Shown: in pieces, positions 27,060 through 38,386 of the stretch
Layout of the letters: each line of letters opens with the position of its first letter
Numbering within the stretch: position 1 is the first letter of the stretch
From: Callorhinchus milii
Taxonomy: Eukaryota
Assembly: GCF_018977255.1 (NCBI RefSeq)
Contig: NW_024704742.1
Span: 93,374,001-93,438,000 of the forward strand
Direction of reading: 5' to 3'
Length of the DNA: 64,000 nucleotides
The notes under the pieces: generated by a model
The model's input: the letters and a program-made list of their open reading frames with translations, nothing else
What the model was told of the DNA's origin: nothing
Database searches by the model: none
Translations under genes and position numbers: made by a program

Positions 27060-27360
27060 TACTACACAAGGCAGTGGATTTCCGTATAGAGAGTTTGAGT
27101 TTAATTTTGAAAATTAGTTTTAACAAAATTATTGTCATTTGAATATAGCTTGGGGATAAGCTTGTCTCTTCAGCAATCAATATTGTAGCTTTGATCATTA
27201 CATACAAAAAATCCACTTTTAAATTTGTTTCTACTCTGGACATAAAATTATATTTAAAAATATTTCCCCGATAGCTCAGTGGGTTGTTGTCTCACATGAT
27301 ATGAGCCCCCAAAACCTAGAAAGTCCCAGGTTTGATCCCTTGTTTGAACTGAGTTAGTGT

Positions 27361-27712
27361 GGAGTCCTGTAGCTCATTGGTTAGAGCAAGCTAGAGACCT
27401 GGTTTAGATTCCCAGCAGGGTAAAATGTTGGGCAAGTTTCCTTACTCCACACACCTCTGTTTACCTAGCAATAAGTAGGAACCCGGTTGTTAGTCGATTT
27501 GCTGATCACTTTTCCGGGGGTAACAATCCTTAAAAAAAATACTAAATTGGTCACTCAATCCATGACTGTTTGTGGGACACTACTGTGCACAATTGGCTGC
27601 CGTGTTTCGCCCACAGTCAATTCATTTTACAGTATATTCTGTGAAGCTCTTTGAGACGTCTCGAAGATGTGATAAGGTGTTATACCAGTGCAAGAACTAT
27701 TATTATTATTAT
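27361..27712 (+). mobile_element. Young SINE, long subfamily
   Basis: Family similarity. Confidence 0.88.
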
Positions 27713-27754
27713 TGTTCTCAGAAGGACAGCAGCAGTGATACTACATTTGACCTA

Positions 27755-28062
27755 AATAATAATAATAATAATCTTTGCATTTGATGTAGCACCTTATCAT
27801 GTTGTTGAAACTTCTCAAAATGCCTCACAGGATGTACTGTAAAGTGAATTGACTATATTTTGTGGGCAAAATGCGGCAGCCAGTTCCATACAGTAGCGTC
27901 CCACAAACAGTCGTGGATTGAGTGACCAAATTATTATTTTTTTTTGGAGGAATCATTATCCCTTGGAAAGCGATCAGCCAACCGACGAACAATCGGGTTC
28001 CTACTTACTGCTAGGTAAACAGAGCTGTGTGGAGTAAGAAAACTTGCCTAAGGTTTTGCCCC
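27755..28062 (-). mobile_element. Young SINE, long subfamily, head missing
   Basis: Family similarity. Confidence 0.85.
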
Positions 28063-31000
28063 AAAGACATTCTGCTTTCTGGGTGTTGTGAAACATTGCT
28101 AACATGGTTATAAAGGGTAGTGCGCCACCTAGTGAACATTTGTGATATGTTACCACACGTGAGGTCAGCACAAATTCTCACGTTCAGCAAATCAAGCATT
28201 TGTCCCTGAGGGTTTTTGTCCCATTTGGATTGTGATCCCTTTGGACACTGATAATGCCCAGCAATAGCAGTAAATGTTATGTCAATTAACTTGTTTTAAA
28301 AAAAGAGCTCAATAAGTATCGGAGCGGAAATAGGATTGAAGATGACAAGTATGGACAGAGCTAATCCAATATTCTAAGGAATATAATGACCCTGTGTTGC
28401 TGGAAAAGGACAATACGTATGAAGAGCAATAGCTCAGGTTGCAAAGTCAGCCAAATACTCTGGAATGTTACTATTTCAGGAGTTGGAAAGCTAGCTAATA
28501 TTAATAATCCTTGCATTCAGATTCCATTCAGCATCTTATCAAAATATCTCAAAACACTGTTTTGCTGTACAGGGTAGTGATTTTGGGGTCTAGTCTCAAG
28601 TCCCGATGTTGGACTTAGAATCCACAAACTACTGATTCAAAGACTGCAACTGACCGCGCCAGGGTTAATGGTTTGAAAGGTAAGAGGAATGCTATTTTTA
28701 GGGAGCAAGTAAATATGAGCAATTTTTCAAAAAGAAAGAAAGATCCCCTGGTAGTAGACGAATGAAGAAACAGCAAAGGACAGGAGTAGCACTGGAGAGC
28801 ATCTAGTGAGGATATTATGAGGAATACAATTGGAACCAGAGGCCTCATTGAAATCCAGGGAAATAGAAGGATTGGAAAGAATTGTGGGGATAAAGATTGG
28901 CAGAACAGAATAGAAAAATTGAGTGAGATTCTTAGTTAATAAACCCTACCCAGCTAAGTATACAGGAATATATACCATGTCAGAACTTGAACTCACATCA
29001 TCTAAGCTGACACTCCAATACAGTGCTGGAGGTATGCTGCATTATTGGAGATGAAGTCTTTTGGATCAGATGTTAAACCGAGATCCCATCTGCCTGTTAA
29101 GGTGGACATTAAAGAACCCGTAGCGCTATTCAAAAAGAGAAGAGGGTTTCTTCTGGGGTCTTAGCCAATAATCTCTCAAATAAAAATTGGTCATTCAGTT
29201 CATGGCTGTTTGTGGGATATTGCTGTGGTAAAATTGTTCGCCGACAAATACACAGTCACTCCACTTTGCAGTAATTCTTGAAAAGCGCTTTGGGACATCC
29301 AAAAATGTGAAGGGTGCCATATCAAATGCAAGGATTATAAGGATTATTATTATTATTATTAGAAAGTACACCCACAACTTTTTCCCACCTTGAAAGCAGA
29401 ACGTTATTCATTTGGAAGACTGAAGATCCCAGCCCAGTAGCCAAATGGTTGGCAAACATATATAATGTAACAACGCAAAAAAAGCCTTTCAAATCCAGAA
29501 TAAGCATTAATAAGCGAGTGTACTGAAATCCCAATATTACTGCTGAAGTATGAGCATTCTGGGGTAGGTAGAACAACTTTAATGTTTTCAATTACTCACA
29601 GACAAGCACCGGCAATTATTCAGAGAAATGAATGAGGCACTTTTTAACCACACGCAAAGCTATCATATGTATAAAATGCCATCTGGTGCATTTGTTACTA
29701 TGGTGACTCATAATTTCTTTAGCACACAAAATAAGGCCATAACATGCCTTAAGCAAACATGCCACAATTTACTATGATTGTTGTATGGGGCAATTAAACT
29801 AACATTTTAGATCTCTGATTATGCCAGTTATAAAAGTTCATTACGTGATCCATTATGTAAACACTTTTCTATAAACGAGACCCATTTTCAAGTGGACGTG
29901 CAAGCTATTCAGCCTTAGATTCATTGTATTTTTTCTTTGCTTTTTTTTAAAAAGAGATCAATAGAAAGCACTGAGCAAAGTGGTTCCCAAGGTAACCAGT
30001 ATCTTAATGCATCTTAAAAAATTACTAGCGAGACTTTACATTATGCCCAAGGTAAGTAACTTGGCCTTTGCTTTATCGTTCTTAGAGAAACATCTAGCTT
30101 TCCCGTTTTGAACACAGGTTCACTTTAAATTAGCACATCCTTGAGGAATTCCAATTGACTGAATAATAAGATGCATGTCACCTGAGTCTGCCGTTTACTG
30201 CAGCCTGAGATTGCAAAATTATTCAATAACTTGGATTTTTTGCTTTCAAAGAACAAGCTTTTTTTAATAAATTAATTCCAGCAGAAATAAATGATACAGG
30301 GCCTAAAGCTTATCTAGAAATTAGCCCATTGAGCAGCATTGCTACGTGCAAATTGACTACTGGCATTATAAATATACAATCACACTTCAGTAAAATCCTG
30401 TGAAGCATTTTGAGACGTCTCGATGATGTGATAACGTATTATACCAAATGCAAGGATTATTATTATTATGGAAATTAAACAAATTAGACGCACCCTATAA
30501 CATTTCAGAGAACCACATAAAATGTTTTAGTGATACACACACACCATTAGTTAGTACCCAATCCAGTTGTACGACTCCTTTTGAATTGATTAAATTGAAA
30601 ATGTGGGAAATGAAACCATCTTAAAGGCAGTGATTCCCCCCCTTTTCAAATCACATGTCTGATTTCACATACAGATTCATCCTTGGCGTAAAGTGGCATC
30701 TATGATCATTACCAATTTTGTGGCCAATCCTAAAGCCAAATGCTTTTGAATCTTCACATTTGAGGTAACCTTTTAGAAACAAGGGGAAAAGGGAATAAAA
30801 TGAATGTAAAGAGCAAAGGCTTTTACCCAGAAATGCACCTCTGGCCACAAGTACTAGAATGATGCTTGATTTGGATCAGCCTCCATTGGCTGTCTTTTGG
30901 ACACCCTCCTCTTATAACAGCAGAGAGAAGCTGTGCTGAAAATCATGTGAATGGGTTATGATTACTGTATGCCTGGAGCAGTGCAACATAAAGTTTCTGA

Positions 31001-31672
31001 TAATTGCCAGGAATAAAAACCTGCTGCAGCTTCATATTAGCATTCTGCATGAATACATGGCACAGAAAATCCACCTGGGTCTAGATTTACTCTATTAATG
31101 TAACATTTCAGTGCATAGGGAATTTGGCTTATTCTTACATGCAGCCTCGGTTTTGAAGGTAGTCTTTTGTACATTCTTTTGAGAATGCAAGGATTATCAT
31201 ACTAGTTTACTATTTACAATCAATTACTCATAATGGAGGGTGGACAGTATTTAATATTTCCTGCCTCCCCCCCCCCAATTTCAAAGTGGTTTTCCTCTGG
31301 ACTAATTTTAAGTGTCTTGGTGCTATAAATGGGGGATGGTAGGGTGACTATTCTGGAAAGATGAGATCAAACGGTCAGAAGCTTCTCTTCATCCAGACTT
31401 TTCTTGCAATCATTGTGAATCACAAACTAATACACTGAATAGTTAAATTTTCTGGATTATTACAGTTTTTTTAAAAAATCTAAGTTTATTATATGCAATG
31501 TTCAAAGGAACTTTGGAAATTTTCACAGGTTACAAGAGATACAGTATTTCCAACATGACTGGATGCCTTGCATTTTGTGTCTCTGGCTGTGATCCGAAGC
31601 TGCGTGTCAGGCGTGTACTGCTGAAGCCTCGGGTCATCCAGAGCCTTCACTGTGTTGATGGAGGCCTTGGAA

Positions 31673-31852
31673 ATGTCATCAAAGGCTGCCCAAGTCCTGA
31701 AGATCACCAGAACCCCCAGGGATTAGCTGGACCGAGCTCCCACCATCACGATCAAGGCAGCTCAAGATTGCTTACTCGATGATAGCCATGGAAACAAAAT
31801 AGCTTTCCTAGCTTTGAATGGGGAGAGGAAACCAATCCTGGTTTTCGTCAGG
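31673..31852 (+). pseudogene. PRXL2C: PRXL2C exon 1 (MSSKAAQVLKITRTPRD*LDRAPTITIKAAQDCLLDDSHGNKIAFLALNGERKPILVFVR)
   Basis: Ends in the conserved VFVR with donor AGG|gtagga at 31853; in-frame ATG at 31673; in-frame TAG at 31724-31726. Confidence 0.75.
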
Positions 31853-32411
31853 GTAGGAGAGGCAGGCAAATGTTATTCATAACTCATCAGAACTTTTCCA
31901 GGTAGCACCGAGGCATGTGTATCCGGGACAGACGCTGTGCATTTCCACTGAAGTAAAACATATTTCTTTGTCAATTGGTAGACAAGTACTTGGACCCCAC
32001 TGGGAGAGTAAAATTGGGGGAGAGAGAAAAGAAAGTGGTGTTTTATATATATAATAATAATTGTAATCCTTGCATTTGATATAACATCCTATTATGTCAT
32101 TCTAACATCTCAAAGCAGGTCAAAGTATTTTACTGTAAAGTTTAGTGATTGTATGTTTGCAGGCGAAAGATTTGATTGCTTTTCCTTTAAGAAACATTGA
32201 GTTGCTTGGCCTGTTGCCTAAGAAAAAAGGACATCATTTGCAAGTAGCGCAAAAAAGTACTGACAGCAAAAAGCTTTTGCCAAGGATCCCATATCGAAAT
32301 TAAATGTCATTGCACATTAAAAAAAAACTGCAGTACTGGTCCATCTTGATAAGACATTCATTTGTTAACTTATTTTCTTTTGTTATAAAAATATCTCTAC
32401 TGTTTTTCCAG

Positions 32412-32485
32412 CATTTTCTGTGCTATACCTGCAAAGAATATAATATGTGGAGGATTTGGCAAAAGTCCCACAAAAATATCTAACG
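32412..32485 (+). pseudogene. PRXL2C: PRXL2C exon 2 (HFLCYTCKEY[+5 nt]VEDLAKVPQKYLT), CxxC exon, frameshifted
   Basis: Acceptor tttttccag, donor ACG|gtaagc. Length 74 nt = 69 + 5. As written it reads into TAA at 32481-32483. Confidence 0.9.
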
Positions 32486-33909
32486 GTAAGCATCAAATTC
32501 ACTTGGGTATGTTGCGATTTCCCTAAGGTTGTATGTCATTTGTTATAAATATTTTATTATAAACACACCTTGAAATCAAGGTTATTGTGTATCTGAGCTT
32601 TCTGATTACACGCTGCTTTTCTAAGGCTGCACTGAATTATCCATCAGTCCCCAGACAATATTGGAGAGGAGCTCGAAATTCTCCAGGGATAAGAATATAC
32701 AATTCACAAATACTTTCTGCAATCTTGAAGATCAGGTTACAAGATCATTCAAATGCAATTAAATTGAGGTTAAAAGCAATTTCCTGTTGTCTGCTTCCAT
32801 CATTCTCCAATGGAAAAAANTCTCTCTGGAAATAAAAGAGGCAAGAAGCTGGATAGTTCATTATAGCCAAAAGCACACAGAGCAGTCATCCTTACACTGA
32901 TTATCATCTGCTTTGACAAAGATCTAGGTGTTGACAAACAAGAGATTATGTGGTTAAATATTGTCTTTTGAGTTCAACTCAAAAAGGAGCAAAAAGGTCA
33001 AATGTTTTTTAACTCTGGTCGTGGACATGTAAGAGGAGAACACTGAACTAACCTCAGTTGATCTAAATTGGGTAATTTTATGTTTGAAATACCTAGACGT
33101 TGCTAATTTCTTATCAGTGTAGTTTGGGGTCAATCACTCTCTTTAAACGTGTGCACCACATGTACAAATAAAGAAAAACTCTTGAGAATCTGCAGATATG
33201 ACTAAAACACATACAACCACATTAAGCTAGGTGGTAGGCTGAATATAACTATTTTATTGAAGTATTTTATGGAAAGAATAGAAGTATTTTTTTCGTGTAT
33301 TAGTTTGCATGTTTGGTGGGAGTAGTACCTGAGATATGTTGGTTGTTATATGTTTCATGATAAAAAATTTGGGGCTCAATATTTTTTGGGTGCAAAATGA
33401 AAATTGTTTGACATGATGAGTTGATACCACTAGAAGTAGTAGTGTTTTATAGAAGGAATAGAAGTTTTTTTTAGAAGTATTACCGTGGTTATCCAATGAG
33501 AATTTCTGATCTCTGGTGGATAAGTAGCGGACATAAGAAAATATGCATGTCCTTTGAGGTAGTATGCAGGAGGGGGGTGGTGGGTGGTGTGGGGGGAAGA
33601 GGTAGCAAGGGGAATGGAAAAACTGCCAATAATAAATTTAAAGGCTTAGATTTAGGATCAATACTCTTTTGAAATGCCACCATTTACTTATGTCAGTACA
33701 GTCTCAGGTTTCCCTTGTGTGCCAAATGTCACAATAATTTTATACCTCATTTATTGCTGCTCATTTCTAACGACCTCTACAGCAGTGACTAATCCTCTTA
33801 GACTTCACACTGTTGAATTTGCCCTCGTTTGCAAGATATCGTAGGTTCAAAATGTCACCAGTACTGCATTAATTCACAATTACCCAATGATTTACTTTGT
33901 TTTTTGAAG

Positions 33910-33963
33910 GATGCTGGTGTCAGACTAATAGTTATTGGACAGTGCACTTATCATCATATTCAG
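33910..33963 (+). pseudogene. PRXL2C: PRXL2C exon 3 (DAGVRLIVIGQCTYHHIQ)
   Basis: Acceptor tttttgaag, donor CAG|gtatgt, 54 nt, phase 0-0. Confidence 0.9.
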
Positions 33964-34982
33964 GTATGTGTGTCTTTGATTATTCCCTTAATCAGCTCAA
34001 CGTCTTTAAAAGGCAAGTTTTTGTGAAGGATATTACTGCACGCTTGCTCCAGGACTCCGTTGTCTGAATGTACTTCGGGAGTCGGATAACCATACAGTGG
34101 TTCTTGAAATACTTAGAATAAGAGAATTTTATAGCACTGCAGGAGGCCATTTGGCCCATCATACCTGTGTCAGCTTTTAGAAAGAGCTATCCAATTAGTC
34201 CCACTCCCCATTCTTTCCCCATACCATTGCAATTTTTTTCTTTTCAAGTAAATATCCAATTCACTTTTGAAAGTTATTATTGAATCTTAGGTTGTTAAAC
34301 GTTCATGATGAAGAATTTAGGACTCAGTATTTTTTGGGGTGTAGAGCGAAAATTCATTTATCCAATGTTTGTTTATATCATTAGAATTAAAGCCACTACA
34401 GGTTATAGCCAAGAAGAAATCATAGAAAATACAGCACAGAAGGAAGCCATTCAGACTCTGTACATGCCACCTCCTCTTCTCAAGCTATCTACTTTAATCC
34501 CAATTCTCTTTTCCTTACGTATTTATTCTGTTTTCTTTCAAATGCTGTTAAAAAGGAATTAGAAAACATTTAAAAAGCAAAACAAAATATTGAGAGGATT
34601 AGAGAATGGACTAGATAATGGAACTGAATAGATGGCTCTTTCAGAAAGCTAGCACAGACATGCGAGGCCAGAAGGCCATCTTCCTTGCTATAAATTCTAT
34701 GCTTCTATGAGTTTAGGATCATCAGACATTTGTGGTAAGGCATTCCACGTTCTAAATTGTCTTGAGTTTTAAAAAAATCGTCTAACCTCTTCCTTCTATT
34801 AGGGGGAATATTAGCTATCGTTTTTAAAAGTACTCTCTAGTTCAGCTAAAGACTGGGATAAATCCCATGTAAAAACCCTAATGTAATCAGTTTTTGATCA
34901 GGCTTTCAACCTGAAAAAAACATATTCAGTCACAATAAAATGTTCAAAAACTATTAAATTGTATAATTTCCCTGCTCTTTAG

Positions 34983-35088
34983 AGTTTCTGTTCACAAATG
35001 AGATACAATCATAACATTTATGTCTATCCAAGCAGACAGATTTATAAGGGACTGGGAATGAAACAAGGAGAAATATTTCACCGAGAAG
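34983..35088 (+). pseudogene. PRXL2C: PRXL2C exon 4 (SFCSQMRYNHNIYVYPSRQIYKGLGMKQGEIFHRE)
   Basis: Acceptor ctctttag, donor AAG|gtagaa, 106 nt; resembles the recalled PFCKLTGYSHEIYVDPEREIYKRLGMKRGE. Confidence 0.85.
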
Positions 35089-35174
35089 GTAGAATATTAT
35101 TTTTTGCTCTGTTTCTTGGAAGTTTGCTGTGAGAGAATCTCACTGCAGTATTATTTATTCCCCTCCCCTATTTT

Positions 35175-35562
35175 GTTTGATTTCAAGATCCTCACACTCG
35201 TCTTGAAATCCCTTCATGACCTGGCACCTTCCTACTTCTCCGACTAGCTTACTTCCCAATTCACTTCACGTTGCTTCTGTTCAACTGGCTCCAGGCTCCT
35301 GCTCGTCCCTTGTGCTTTCCGTTCCATCGGTATCTGCGCTTTCAACCACTATGCCCCGAAACTCTGGAACATTCTCCATCAATCCCTTTGCCTTGCTCCA
35401 ATCTCCCCCAGCTTAATGTTGCATCTGTTGACTTTTCCCTTCGACCATGCCTACGGTCACCTCCCCCCTCCCGATGGCTCGGCATCATGCTCTGCCACTA
35501 TTAAATGCTCTGGGACGCTACCCTGTGTGAGCGGCACTGTATAAATCCAAGTTGTTGTTGTA
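35175..35562 (+). mobile_element. L2 LINE 3' end
   Basis: FKILTLVLKSLHDLAPSY-like peptide, then a (TTG)n tail. Confidence 0.7.
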
Positions 35563-37229
35563 GTTCTGGTCTGCACTGCCTGAGCCTCTATGGCATCTGT
35601 TTGCCCAGTGACACTCTGAATTGACCACTTGGAGGTGCACACTTGTTGCATGGTGATGATGATGACTCTTTGCTTGACTTCCCCTTCCTTTGCTGTGAAC
35701 CTCCCTCACAGCACTTCCCCACAATAAAGTAGCTGGAGCAAGTTCCAGTTCACCTCCCACTCCCAATCACCACCACTACACACTGGTGTGCCTGCACTAT
35801 GCCACAGTGCTGCTATGTTTCATCCACTTTCAATTTGTGATATTCAATAAACTACTGTATTACTAATGAATGCTTCAAAAAAAATCTGTAATATGACTTC
35901 AGAGTTAAAGACAGTAGTAAAGCATCCAAAGCAGAGAAACCAAGGTGCCCTGGGTCTTAAAATATTGACCTATGGAGATAGATGAAGGAAGCTTAGTCCG
36001 TTTTCCTTGAGAAAAAAGATGGAAAAGAGTAGGATCTGAATCTTTTGGGGAAAACAAATTCTTCCTCTGAATTTTCTTTCCTTTCAGGGGATGTAATTTT
36101 ATGGGTATTTACAACCTCCTGTCACCTCACTCAATCGAACAGTCCTATGTGTGAGCCGAGACAGAGATGTTTAGCAAGATGCTCCAGCATGGGTACCATC
36201 AGAGTCAAGGTGCTGCTCACTCTCCCAGGGGTCGTTGGATAATGACAACATGCAGGGATGGTGACTGGTTTTATTCCCATCCTCATGCAAGCTTTCCAAA
36301 ATAGTCTTGTACTTTCAACATTTCCCCTCCCCACTCCTCCCCCCACCACCACCACCAATACTCATCTGGCTGAGATCAGTTAATTGAGCAAAGAGCAATG
36401 TTTAAATGTTGCACCCTCCTGAACTGCAGCTCTACACTACACAATAAAGTGCATTTATGTATTGTTCCATCCACGAGGTTAGAGAAAACTGATTTTAAAT
36501 CAATGGCTCAAAAACAGGTTCAGTGAATTGTCTCTATTTGGAAATGTGTGGAGACAACACTTTTTAAACATCTTAATGTTTAATGCATTGCTGATGTATT
36601 ACATGGGCTTTTATAGCATGCAATATGTATTGCTTATGACTACCTAAATGCTCAAAATTGCATTGCTTCTTTAATAGCTCAGTTATGAAAGGCACTAATC
36701 TCTGTCAAAGTGAACCATGCAAAGCTGAAAGGTCCTTTTAAGCTTGGTTACCTCATCTTAGCTGAGGCAGCTGTAGGAGTGCTACAATTAGCCTCGGTGC
36801 CCATGAGCTAACAGGAAAGATTCAGGCAGGGTTCCCACTCTTGTATCCATGGATGGACAGGATTGAGCTTGGCTGTAATGCGAGATCAAACAATCTGCTG
36901 ATCACCACTGCCTAGCCTCAAACATAATCTATGGGCAAATGGACAAGATGTTGGAGAGAGCTCAGCATCCTTAAAACTGTATGACAGGTCACTTTCTTGT
37001 ATAGAGAAGGCAAGAAAATTGGGACAATAATAGATTCTAAATATGCAAAGAAACATTGGGGAAAAATGCTTCTTTCTCCTCCCTTAACATATTTAGAATC
37101 ATTGAATAGAGCTTTTCATATGCTGTTTCATGCACTTTCACATATGTTCTGTAGTTCACAATTTCACAAAGGTGTTACTGACAATGAGCGAATCTGCTAT
37201 TCAGTGATGTTTTACTTTCTTTTTATCAG

Positions 37230-37346
37230 TTAGGAGTCTCCATGTCAAATCAAACTTTCTGAGCATTTGGCGAGCCATGAACAGCCCAGCATTTGACTTT
37301 CAGGGTGACGCAGCTCAGCAAGGTGGAGCTTTGATCGTAGGCCCCG
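37230..37346 (+). pseudogene. PRXL2C: PRXL2C exon 5 (VRSLHVKSNFLSIWRAMNSPAFDFQGDAAQQGGALIVGP-G)
   Basis: Acceptor ttttatcag, 117 nt; the expected donor position reads gggagc instead of gtgagc. Confidence 0.88.
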
Positions 37347-37494
37347 GGGAGCGAGGTTTTGTTCTACAGGAGTTTCATTGGAGTTTTTTTGATGTCATGG
37401 TGTTTAGTGCATGGAAAAAAATCATTTTGATTGTGATGCAAAGAAACATTGGGAAAAAATGTTTCTTTCTCCTCCCTGAACATATTTAGAATCA

Positions 37495-37815
37495 TTATAA
37501 TAATAATAATAATAATCCTTGCATTTGATATAGCGCTTTTCACGTCGGGAGGACGTCCCAAAGCGCTTCATAGAACACACTGTAAAGTGAATTGACTGTA
37601 TATTTGTGGGCGAACGCGGCAGCCAATTGCGCACAGCAGTGTCCCACAAACAGTCGTAGATTGAAAATGACCAATTTATTATTGTTTTTGGTTTTGGAGG
37701 GATTATTATTAGGCGTGTGGAGTAAGGAAACTTGCCCAAGGTTTCGCCCTGCCTGGAATTGAACTCAGGTCTCTCACTTGCAAAGCGAGTGCTCTAACCA
37801 CTGAGCTACAGGACT
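37495..37815 (-). mobile_element. Young SINE, short subfamily, in PRXL2C intron 5
   Basis: Near-consensus copy. Confidence 0.9.
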
Positions 37816-38258
37816 ACAGGGCTACAGAACAATTTGCCATTATTTCCACATCATCTTCATGGTCAGGGGTCGCTCTAGCTATAGGCTCTAGCTGTCATCA
37901 GCAGTGCTCTGGAATACTGCAGACCCGCCGGGCTCGGAAACTGGATTACCCAGACTGTTACAGAGGGATGGCTTGATTCTGACATTCCATTGCCAAACAT
38001 GTCACCTTGGAGCCAGTTCAGCTTCAAGGAGACCTCGCTTACTTCCCCGCCAAGGAGGATAGTCACTAGTTGGTCATTCAACATCCAACAAGTCCGGGTT
38101 CGTGAGTTTTTTTTCTAAAGAAAAGGCGTTTTACGGTGAATTAATTAATGTAAATGTGAAGCGTTTGATGTTTCAGTGAAATTTGTATTTTATCTGATAG
38201 GAATCTATATTATTGATATATTATTATAATAAACATTATTTATTCTTATTTCTTAAAG

Positions 38259-38386
38259 GGGATGAAGTTCACTTTGGTCATCTAGATATGAATAAGCTTG
38301 ATCACACACCCATCAACTTCGTGCTGCAACTGGCCGGTGTAACAACAGTGGACTTCAGAGCTCAGGCACAAACCATTGACCTTTGA
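38259..38386 (+). pseudogene. PRXL2C: PRXL2C exon 6 (G-DEVHFGHLDMNKLDHTPINFVLQLAGVTTVDFRAQAQTIDL*)
   Basis: Acceptor tttcttaaag, phase 1, TGA at 38384-38386. Confidence 0.88.

Larger units (their letters stand above)
31673..38386 (+). pseudogene. PRXL2C: Peroxiredoxin-like 2C (AAED1) six-exon locus with inactivating lesions
   Basis: Six exons in order with compatible phases, encoding VFVR-HFLCYTCKEY, LIVIGQ..YHHI, IYK.LGMK.GE, FDFQGD.AQQGG.LI.GPG and LDH.PIN.VLQL.GV. Lesions: TAG 31724-31726, AATAT duplication 32437-32446, GG donor at 37347. Confidence 0.85.

Noticed and set aside
32421..32432. PRXL2C as a selenoprotein (SelU-related family), with stops read as Sec
   Set aside because: The CxxC codons are TGC/TGC and the premature stops are TAG and TAA, not TGA.
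32820..32820. Single N in PRXL2C intron 2 as a cause of the lesions
   Set aside because: It is intronic, over 300 bp from exon 2, and cannot explain lesions spread over 5.6 kb.
33254..33500. Degenerate local repeats also seen at about 34290-34340
   Set aside because: Probably decayed LINE debris; too degenerate to classify.
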